Positions 28,864 to 36,405 of a DNA stretch of 64,000 nucleotides are shown one piece after another. Below the pieces are notes generated by a model. The model ran no database searches and had not been told where the DNA came from. It worked only from the letters and a program-made list of their open reading frames with translations. The DNA is from Burkholderiales bacterium (GTDB taxonomy: Bacteria; Pseudomonadota; Gammaproteobacteria; Burkholderiales; SG8-39). The first letter of the stretch is position 1; every line of letters starts with the position of its first letter. A program made the position numbers and the translations under genes. The stretch is from the NCBI GenBank assembly GCA_035310985.1, contig DATGDH010000072.1:41568-105567 (forward strand), given 5' to 3'.

Positions 28864-31149
28864 TCATTTGACGTGCAGTTCGATGTCGGCGAGCAGCGGA
28901 TCGTCGGCACGTGCGACCTCGTTCTCGACCAAGCCGCCGCAGCCCGGGCAGAAGAACTGGCGGAACACCGGCCGATCGTCGATGTAGCGACGCCAGTCGC
29001 CGATGTTCGGGTTGGCCGCCGAGATATCGCGCTCTTCCATGTTGCAGTGCTGCTTGTAGTTCTCGCCGAGCGCACCGAGGTCCGCGGCGCAGCGCGCGCA
29101 GGCGAAGCGCAGGCCGCTCTTTTCGCGCCGCAGCTCGAGGTTCTCCGAGGCGCGCGCCGCCACCTTGCCGGCGAGCGCAACGGGAGCCGCGCCCCTGCCG
29201 CGGCGCCGCTTGCGCTCCGCGGCGCGCAGCTGGCGCGTCGTCTCGAGATCGAGCGCGCCCGATTCGCCGACCACCACGCCGTACACTTCGCGCGCGCATT
29301 CGCGCGATACGGCCCGGTTCTCGACCACGTCCGCGCGCACCCGCTCGGGTTCGCGCTCGAACGGATCGCCGTAGCCGCCGGCCGCCGACCACACGACGGC
29401 GTAGACGTCCTCCGGCCCCTGGGTGAAGTTCTCCTGCCGAAGCTGCAACAGCTCCTCGCGTCCATTCAGCTCGGAGATGTCGCCCGGCATCTCGCGCTTG
29501 TCGAAGCGCGTCCGCACGTCGCTTGCGCGCAGGAACTTATAGACGTTCACGCTGCCGGGATAGCCGCCCATCATGCCGGGCGAGGTGGGCGTCGCGTTGC
29601 CCGAGGAGAGCGTGTCGTGCGTGATGGAGTCGGTGCGGTGCGGGACGAAGCACGATTCCGCCGACATGCCGCCGCGCCACTTGCCGGCGCCGCCCGAATC
29701 GACCACTTCCTTGCGATAAAGGAACAGCAGCGGGAAGGTCTGCTCGGTGTGCTCGACGTTCGGCAGCTTGCAGATCGGGGTGCGCGACTGGCCGCCGGTG
29801 TTGATCCCGTCGCCCTCGGAGAAGGCGCCGATCGCGCCGCCGATCGGATCGACCAGCAGGTAGCCGTAGCGCTCGCCCCACTGGTCGGTGCCGCGGAAGA
29901 TGGTCGCCGGCCACTGGCTCGTGCCGCCGATGCACATGATGTCCTTGCGCATCGCCTCGTCGCCGTAGATCATTTTCGACAACACGTTGTACGCGGGATA
30001 GAGCGAGATCTCCATCGCCTGCACCGGCGCGGTCGACACCGAGGCCGGGAAGTTGGCGCAATTGAAGCTGCCCGGTGTCGGGTCGAACTCTACGTGCCGC
30101 AGCGCGCCGCCGATGCAGAAGTACTGGTCCCAGCACAGCAGCTGGTTGAGCGCCACCATGATCGAGCCGCGCCAGCCCGAGTAGGTGGCGTTCATGGCGC
30201 CGTCCTGCGGCGCGGTGCCGTCGTTGTCGAAGACGAGCCGGTTGCCCTTCTTGGTGAGCGTGAGGCACACGCGGTGCGTGCGCCGGTCGCCGGGGCGGCA
30301 GCATTCGACGTAGGTGCGCTCGCGCCACACGCCGTCCGGCAGGCGCTTGAGCTTGTCGAGGAACGCGACTTCGGCGTTGTCGACGATGCGCTTCATCACG
30401 CCCTTCACCGTATCTGCCCCGTAGCGCCTGATGAGGGCGATGACCCGGTCGCGCGCCGTGATGTTTCCCGCGAGTTGCGCGCGGAAGTCGAGCGCCACCG
30501 ATTCGGGCTTGCGCGAGGCGCGCAGGTACAGCTCCTCGATGTCGCGCCGGATCTCGTTGCCTTCCACGATCTTGACCGGCGGAATGAGGATGCCCTCCTC
30601 GAAGGCGTTCTCCGCCGAGCCGCAGAACGAGGACGGCGTGATGCCGCCGATGTCGTACTGGTGCAGGCAATTGGTCACCCAGCAGAAGAGCTCCCCTTTC
30701 CAGAACACCGGGCAGATCAGCATCACGTCCTGCTGGTGCGCCGCGCCGACCCAGGGATCGTTGGCGAGGAACATGTCGCCGTCGCGTATCCCCGGGTTGT
30801 CCGAGCGGTACTCGAGGATCCACTTCACCTGCGTGTCGGTGACGCCGGACATGTACTGCATGTAGGGGCCGAAGTACACGAACTCGCCGTCCTCGGCGAG
30901 GATCGACGGGTTGAGGTCGAGCGCGTACATCGCCACGGGCGAGCCCGAGAGGCGCTGGATCGTGGCGCCGTGCTCCTCGTTCACGTGCCACAGGCTGTGG
31001 CGCACCACCTCGTAGGTGATCGGGTCGATCTTCGCCGCGCGCCGCGTGTGCAGCTTGAGCTTCTTCGACACCGCGAGCTTTTTCGGCGGCACGTAGCCCA
31101 TGTTCTTGCCGTCGAAGCTCGCGCCCTTCATTTCGCTCACGCGTGGCAT
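28864..31149 (-). CDS. hydantoinase B/oxoprolinase (acetone-carboxylase alpha-like) protein with fused acetone-carboxylase-gamma-like Cys-rich C-terminal domain
   Basis: The core runs from IDPITYEVVRHSLW to GGYGDPFEREPERVRADV (HyuB pattern). The last ~80 aa, FACARC...FFCPGCGGLVENEV, resemble the gamma-subunit Zn motif. AGGAG RBS before ATG 31149. Confidence 0.85.
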   Translation of the reverse strand: MPRVSEMKGASFDGKNMGYVPPKKLAVSKKLKLHTRRAAKIDPITYEVVRHSLWHVNEEHGATIQRLSGSPVAMYALDLNPSILAEDGEFVYFGPYMQYMSGVTDTQVKWILEYRSDNPGIRDGDMFLANDPWVGAAHQQDVMLICPVFWKGELFCWVTNCLHQYDIGGITPSSFCGSAENAFEEGILIPPVKIVEGNEIRRDIEELYLRASRKPESVALDFRAQLAGNITARDRVIALIRRYGADTVKGVMKRIVDNAEVAFLDKLKRLPDGVWRERTYVECCRPGDRRTHRVCLTLTKKGNRLVFDNDGTAPQDGAMNATYSGWRGSIMVALNQLLCWDQYFCIGGALRHVEFDPTPGSFNCANFPASVSTAPVQAMEISLYPAYNVLSKMIYGDEAMRKDIMCIGGTSQWPATIFRGTDQWGERYGYLLVDPIGGAIGAFSEGDGINTGGQSRTPICKLPNVEHTEQTFPLLFLYRKEVVDSGGAGKWRGGMSAESCFVPHRTDSITHDTLSSGNATPTSPGMMGGYPGSVNVYKFLRASDVRTRFDKREMPGDISELNGREELLQLRQENFTQGPEDVYAVVWSAAGGYGDPFEREPERVRADVVENRAVSRECAREVYGVVVGESGALDLETTRQLRAAERKRRRGRGAAPVALAGKVAARASENLELRREKSGLRFACARCAADLGALGENYKQHCNMEERDISAANPNIGDWRRYIDDRPVFRQFFCPGCGGLVENEVARADDPLLADIELHVK

Positions 31150-31295
31150 GGCGATTTCTCCTCTCGATCGATGCGTCGGACCGCGCAAACCGTAAGTGTA
31201 TGATCTGCCTCGAGACCCTCGGGCCAGTCGGAGAGCCGCTCGCAGCGTGACGGAATCGTAGCGTGTCTCGCCTTTTTAAGCCGCGCGGGTTTCGA

Positions 31296-31859
31296 ATGCA
31301 GCGCAGCGCCCCGTTGCGGCGCGCGCTGCTGAGGCTCGTCCTGTGCCTCGTCGTCCCTGGTACGGCCTGCGCCGCGGACCTGCGCTTGCAGAGCGTCAGC
31401 ATACGGGCGCAGGTCTCGGACACGACCGTGCTCGGCGACGTCGCGCCGGAGGAGTTCCAGGAGTACGACGCCGCGGCGAGCCTTGCGCTTCCCTGGGCGC
31501 GATACTCGCCCTCTGGCTGGGGAATCGGCACGAGATTGATGGTGAGCGCCGGGGCCCTGCGCGCGGCCGGAAAGTCCGCGCTCGTCGTTTCTTTCATCCC
31601 GGTGCTCGCCCTGGGCAGTCAGGATGGGCGGTTTACGCTCGATCTGGGGGCCGGACCGGCCCTCTTCAGCAAGCACGAGTTCGGAGAGCAGGACTTCGGT
31701 GGCCCGCTCCAGGCGGCGCTTACCCTGGGCGCGAGCGTACCGCTCTACAAGAGATTCGGCGTGGGCTATCGCTACCTGCATTATTCCGATGCGGGCCTGT
31801 ACGGTACCTACACGACGGGGGCGGACATACACATGATCGAGCTCAGCTACCGCTTCTGA
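31296..31859 (+). CDS. PagL-like acyloxyacyl hydrolase / lipid A 3-O-deacylase family outer-membrane protein
   Basis: Signal peptide (LVVPGTACA/AD), alternating beta-strand pattern, LHYSDAGL (compare the H-x-S-N-A-G catalytic motif) and a C-terminal ...SYRF OMP signature. Alternative start GTG 31263. Confidence 0.65.
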   Translation: MQRSAPLRRALLRLVLCLVVPGTACAADLRLQSVSIRAQVSDTTVLGDVAPEEFQEYDAAASLALPWARYSPSGWGIGTRLMVSAGALRAAGKSALVVSFIPVLALGSQDGRFTLDLGAGPALFSKHEFGEQDFGGPLQAALTLGASVPLYKRFGVGYRYLHYSDAGLYGTYTTGADIHMIELSYRF

Positions 31860-31867
31860 CGCCCGAC

Positions 31868-33970
31868 TCAGCGGAAGTTGATCTCGAAATTGCCGTAGGC
31901 GTCCACGCGCAGGCGGCGCCGCGGATGCACGACGATGGTGGTGTCGGTGGTCTCGACCACCGCGGGTCCGCGCAGCGAGTTGCCGGGCGCGAGCCGCGCG
32001 CCGTCGTAAATCGGCGTGGAACGGGTACGCCCGTAGTCCGACCACCAGATCGCGCGCCGCCCGACGAGCGCGCCCGGCGCGATGCGCACGCTTAGCTTGC
32101 GCGCGCGCCTGAGCCGAGGGCGCGGCGTCGCCGCGCTCGCGCGCAGCCGCAGGGTGACGATCTCGATGCCCGCGCCGCGGTACGACGAGCCGCGCCCGTA
32201 GAGCTGCTCGTAGCGCGCGGTGAAGCGCTCGCGCAGCTTCTCGCCAAACGCGCCCTTCAGGCGCCCCTCGGGCAGCAGCACCTCGACCTCGTTTATCTGC
32301 CCGCGATGCCGCATGTCGAGCGAGAAAGCGAGCCGACGGCGCGCGCGCGCGATGCCGTCGGCGTCCATCTGCCGGTGGGCACGCCGCTCGAGCGACTCGA
32401 GCACGCGGTTGACGCGCGCCGCGTCGAACGGGCTCGCCTGGATGTCGGCCTGCTCGTAGACGTGCAACACGTCGGCCGCGGCGGCACCGAACGCGCACCA
32501 GGTCGAGGCGATCTCCTTTTGCGGGATGACGATACTCTTCACCCCCAGCTCGGCGCCGAATACGCCCGCGTGCGCAGGCCCCGCTCCGCCGAACGCGAAC
32601 AGCGTGAAGTCGCGCGGATCGAAGCCCTTCTCCACCGTCATCTTGCGGATGATGTCGGCCATCTTGAACTCCGCCACGCGGGCGATTCCGCTCGCGGTCT
32701 CGGCGAGCGACAGGCCGAGCGCGTCGGAGACCGTCTGCACCGCTGCGATCGCCCTGGCGCGATCGAGTCGTATGCGTCCGCCGAGGAAGTTGTCGGGGTT
32801 GATGGTGCCGAGCACCACGTCGGCGTCGGTCACGGTGGGCAGCTCGTTGCCCTTGCCGTAGCAGGCCGGCCCGGGGTCGGCGCCCGCCGAGTCGGGCCCG
32901 ACCTGCAGGCTGCGCGTGGCGGCGTCCACGCGCGCGAGCGATCCGCCGCCCGAGCCGATCGCCTGGATGTCGACCTTCGGCAGGAAGTACTCGTACTGCG
33001 CGACGTTCGAGACGAACGAATACTGCGGGCGCCCGCCGTGCACGATGCCGACGTCGAACGAGGTACCGCCCATGTCGGTGGTGATGATGTTGTCGATGCC
33101 CATCACCTGTCCGAGATAGACCGACCCGGTGACGCCGGACACGGGCCCCGAGTCGAGCGTGAGCAGCGGCTCTAGCATCGCCTTGTCGACCGAGATGGAG
33201 CCGCCGCCGCATTGCGTGATCTGCAGCGGCCGTCGGTAGCCGGCGCCCTTCAGCCGCTCTGCGAGGTTGCCGAGGTAGCGCGACATGACCGGCCCGAGAT
33301 AGCCGTTCAGCACCGTGGCCGTGGTGCGCTCGTACTCGCCCCACTTGGGCGCGATCTCGGTCGAGCAGGACACGAATACCCGCGGCGCGAGGTCGCGGAC
33401 GATCTCCTTCGCGCGCAGCTCGTGTGCGGGGTTCTTGAACGACCAGAGGAAGCACACCGCGATCGCCTCGACGCCCTCGGCAAGGAGCGCGCGCACCGCC
33501 GCCTCGACCTGCGCCTCGTTCAGCGGCACCACGATCTCGCCGAAGCAGTCGACGCGCTCAGACACCCCGGCGATCAGGCGCTTCGGCACGATCGGCGCGG
33601 GCTTCTGGCTCTCGGGGAAGTGCACCACCTTGCGCAGCTCGCGCGAAGTCACGCCGCGCGAGCCGCGCATGATGTGGATCGCGTCCTCGTGGCCCCTGGT
33701 GGTGAGCAGCCCGGTCTTCGCGCCCTTGCGCTGGATCAGCGCGTTCGTGCCGACGGTGGTGCCGTGCGTGAGCACCTCGATGTGCGAACAGAACTCCCGG
33801 AACTCGAGCCCGAGGCGCGCGGCCGCGAGCTGAAGCGCGGCGAGCATCCCCTCGGCGAAGTTGCCCGGCGTCGAGGGCGACTTGGTCGCGGTGATGCGGC
33901 CCTTGCGGTCGAGCACGACGCAGTCGGTAAACGTGCCGCCGATGTCGACCCCGACGAGATAGGGTCCCAA
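31868..33970 (-). CDS. hydantoinase A/oxoprolinase (acetone-carboxylase beta-like) protein
   Basis: VGVDIGGTFTDCV, HGTTVGTNALIQ, TDMGGTSFDVG and GSGGGS are ATP-binding sugar-kinase-fold motifs of HyuA. TTG start with AGGAG 6 nt upstream. Confidence 0.9.
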   Translation of the reverse strand: MGPYLVGVDIGGTFTDCVVLDRKGRITATKSPSTPGNFAEGMLAALQLAAARLGLEFREFCSHIEVLTHGTTVGTNALIQRKGAKTGLLTTRGHEDAIHIMRGSRGVTSRELRKVVHFPESQKPAPIVPKRLIAGVSERVDCFGEIVVPLNEAQVEAAVRALLAEGVEAIAVCFLWSFKNPAHELRAKEIVRDLAPRVFVSCSTEIAPKWGEYERTTATVLNGYLGPVMSRYLGNLAERLKGAGYRRPLQITQCGGGSISVDKAMLEPLLTLDSGPVSGVTGSVYLGQVMGIDNIITTDMGGTSFDVGIVHGGRPQYSFVSNVAQYEYFLPKVDIQAIGSGGGSLARVDAATRSLQVGPDSAGADPGPACYGKGNELPTVTDADVVLGTINPDNFLGGRIRLDRARAIAAVQTVSDALGLSLAETASGIARVAEFKMADIIRKMTVEKGFDPRDFTLFAFGGAGPAHAGVFGAELGVKSIVIPQKEIASTWCAFGAAAADVLHVYEQADIQASPFDAARVNRVLESLERRAHRQMDADGIARARRRLAFSLDMRHRGQINEVEVLLPEGRLKGAFGEKLRERFTARYEQLYGRGSSYRGAGIEIVTLRLRASAATPRPRLRRARKLSVRIAPGALVGRRAIWWSDYGRTRSTPIYDGARLAPGNSLRGPAVVETTDTTIVVHPRRRLRVDAYGNFEINFR

Positions 33971-34037
33971 GGCATCTCCTGGTGGGGAACTGCCGCGATG
34001 CTAAATGATCGCGCGATCACCTCGCAACCGCCGCGCC

Positions 34038-34043
34038 TATAAT
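34038..34043 (+). promoter_or_regulatory. TATAAT -10-like hexamer 7 nt upstream of the ATG at 34051 (possible leaderless transcript)
   Basis: CCTATAAT-CGCGCGC-ATG read directly. No Shine-Dalgarno between the hexamer and the ATG, and no good -35. Confidence 0.3.
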
Positions 34044-34050
34044 CGCGCGC

Positions 34051-35046
34051 ATGCTGAATGTCGCGGTCGTCGGCCTGGGATGGTGGGGGCGTACCGTCGT
34101 CGATCTGCTCGACAAGAGCGCGCGCCTGCGGGTCGTGCACGCGGTCGAGCCCGACGCTCGGGCTGCCGCGTTCGCGCGCGAGCGCGGCATCGCGTGCTCT
34201 GAAGAGCTGGACGGCGCGCTGTCCGACGCACGCGTGCAAGGCGTGGTGCTGTGCACGCCGCACTCGCAGCATGCCGCGCAGGTCGTGCGCGCTGCGCAGG
34301 CCGAGCGGCACGTGTTCTGCGAAAAGCCGTTCGCGCTCACGCGCGCCGATGCCGTGCGCGCGCTCGCGGCGGTGGAGATGGGGGGCGTAGTGCTGGGCGT
34401 GGGCCACGAGCGGCGCTTCGAGCCCGGCATCCTCGAACTGCGCAGGCTGATCGACGCGGGCGAAATCGGACGGCCGCTGCAGATCGAGGCGAATTTCAGC
34501 CAGGACAAGTTCCTCGGCATGCCGGCGGACAACTGGCGGCTCGCCGCCTCGGAGGCGCCCGCCGGACCGCTCACCGCCACCGGCGTCCATCTGGTGGACC
34601 TGGCGGTAGCAATCCTTGGGCGGGCCGCACGCGCCTTCGCCAGCGTCAAGCAGCTCGGCAGCCACCTCGCGAACGGCGACACGCTCGGCGCGCTGCTCGA
34701 GTTCCGCGACGGCGGTCACGCGCTCATTTCCGCGATTCTGGCGACGCCGTTCGACGGGCGCTTCGCGGTCTACGGCAGCAAGGGCTGGATCGAGGTGCGC
34801 GACAAGGCGCACCCCGAAAGCCCACAGGGATGGACCTTCACCCTATGCCGGCGCGGCCAAGAGCGCGCGACGCGCGACCTGCCGCCGGCGAGCCCGGTGC
34901 TCGCCAACCTCGAGGCCTTCGCGGAGGCGGCGCTCGGCGGCCGGTCGTATCCGATGCCGCACCGCGAGATCCTCGCTACGGTGTCCGCGCTCGAAGCGAT
35001 CGCGCGCTCCGCTGCGAGCGGTCGCGTCGAGCCGGTCGAGTCCTGA
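34051..35046 (+). CDS. Gfo/Idh/MocA family oxidoreductase
   Basis: VAVVGLGWWG Rossmann motif, EKPF motif (VFCEKPFAL) and GHERRF. Confidence 0.85.
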   Translation: MLNVAVVGLGWWGRTVVDLLDKSARLRVVHAVEPDARAAAFARERGIACSEELDGALSDARVQGVVLCTPHSQHAAQVVRAAQAERHVFCEKPFALTRADAVRALAAVEMGGVVLGVGHERRFEPGILELRRLIDAGEIGRPLQIEANFSQDKFLGMPADNWRLAASEAPAGPLTATGVHLVDLAVAILGRAARAFASVKQLGSHLANGDTLGALLEFRDGGHALISAILATPFDGRFAVYGSKGWIEVRDKAHPESPQGWTFTLCRRGQERATRDLPPASPVLANLEAFAEAALGGRSYPMPHREILATVSALEAIARSAASGRVEPVES

Positions 35047-35905
35047 GGCCCGCCATGCCTTCGAGCACGGCGCACACCGCTGCGGTGTCCTCTTTGCCGC
35101 GCCCGGCGGCGAGCGCCGCGGTGTAGAACGGGGCCGAGGCGAGAAACAGCGGCGTCGGACAGCCGAGCGCGCGGGCGAAGTCGCCGATGATCGCCATGTC
35201 CTTCTGCCACACCTCGACCTTCATGGTCGCGTCGCGGTAGTCGCCGCGCACCATCATCGGGCCGCGCACCTGGAACATGCGCGAGCCGCCCGCCCCGTCG
35301 CCCACCACCTTGTAGACGAGTTGCGGGTCGAGCCCGGCCTTCATCGCAAGCACGAACGCCTCGGCTGCCGACACGTTGTGGATCGCCACCAGCAGGTTGG
35401 CGACGAACTTCATCTTCGAGCCGGCGCCGAAGGAACCGACGTAGTAGTTGGCGCGCGCGAAGCCTTCGAACACGGGTACCGCCCGGCGCACCGCGGCGCG
35501 CGGGCCGCTCGCGTACACCGCGAGATCCTTCACGCGCGCCTGGGCGCCAGTGCCGGATAGCGGACAATCGAGTAGCGTCGCGCCGGCGCGCGCGAGCACC
35601 CGCCTCGCAGCCTCCTTCGCTTCGAGCGGAAGCGTGCTGGTTTCGATAACGAGAACACCCGGCCGGGCAATGTCGCGCGCCACGTCCTCGAGTGCCCGGG
35701 CCGAGGGCAGCGAGGTGATGATCGTGTCGCAGCGCCGCGCCAGCGCTGCGTTCGAGCCGAGTGCCGTGCCGCCCGCGCGCCCGAGCGCGCGCCGCGCGCT
35801 CTGGCGCGGGTCGTAGCCGAGCACGCGGAACCCCGCACGCGCGAGGTTTGCCGCCATGGCCGAGCCCATGATGCCCAGTCCCGAAATGCCTACGGTTGAT
35901 GCCAC
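34976..35905 (-). CDS. NAD(P)-dependent 3-hydroxyisobutyrate dehydrogenase-family oxidoreductase
   Basis: ISGLGIMGSAMAANL, DCPLSGT and GAGSKMKFVANLL motifs. GTG start with GGAGG upstream. The Arg-rich 3' tail overlaps the convergent gene by 71 nt. Confidence 0.85.
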   Translation of the reverse strand: MASTVGISGLGIMGSAMAANLARAGFRVLGYDPRQSARRALGRAGGTALGSNAALARRCDTIITSLPSARALEDVARDIARPGVLVIETSTLPLEAKEAARRVLARAGATLLDCPLSGTGAQARVKDLAVYASGPRAAVRRAVPVFEGFARANYYVGSFGAGSKMKFVANLLVAIHNVSAAEAFVLAMKAGLDPQLVYKVVGDGAGGSRMFQVRGPMMVRGDYRDATMKVEVWQKDMAIIGDFARALGCPTPLFLASAPFYTAALAAGRGKEDTAAVCAVLEGMAGLRTRPARRDRSQRSARSLRARTP

Positions 35906-35946
35906 GCGTCGCCTCCCCGATTGGCGGATCGCCTTAGAATACCGCC

Positions 35947-36405
35947 ATGCCGCTCGGTTACATCGAACATTTCCTGCTGCAGACCGCCGATATGGCGCAG
36001 ACGCGCGACTGGTACGTCAGGGTGCTCGGCTTTCGCGTCGGCCCGAACCCGGACTTCAAGTTCCCGGTGTGCTGGCTGTACCTCGGCGACAAGGACGTGA
36101 TCCATATCACCGAGGGCGGCGCCGGCGTATCCGAGAACCGCAAGCGCTACGTCGGTCAGGAATCCGAGGCGACGCAAGGCAGCGGCGTCATCGATCACAT
36201 CGCCTTTCGCTGCACTGGCCTCGCGCAGATGCTGGAGCACTTGACCGCGCTCGGGGTGAAGTTCAGCCGCCGCCAGGTCAATGACCAGGGGCTCTATCAG
36301 CTATTCCTCTTGGACCCGAACGGGGTCAAGGTGGAGCTCAACTTCGCCAACGCCGAGGCGCGCGGCATCCGCCCCGAGCTGATGGCTTCCGACCTCCCCG
36401 GCTAG
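35947..36405 (+). CDS. VOC (glyoxalase/bleomycin resistance/dioxygenase) family protein
   Basis: IEHFLLQTADM...W Y..VLGF...IDHIAFRC...LFLLDPNGVKVEL is the paired beta-alpha-beta-beta-beta pattern. Confidence 0.8.
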   Translation: MPLGYIEHFLLQTADMAQTRDWYVRVLGFRVGPNPDFKFPVCWLYLGDKDVIHITEGGAGVSENRKRYVGQESEATQGSGVIDHIAFRCTGLAQMLEHLTALGVKFSRRQVNDQGLYQLFLLDPNGVKVELNFANAEARGIRPELMASDLPG

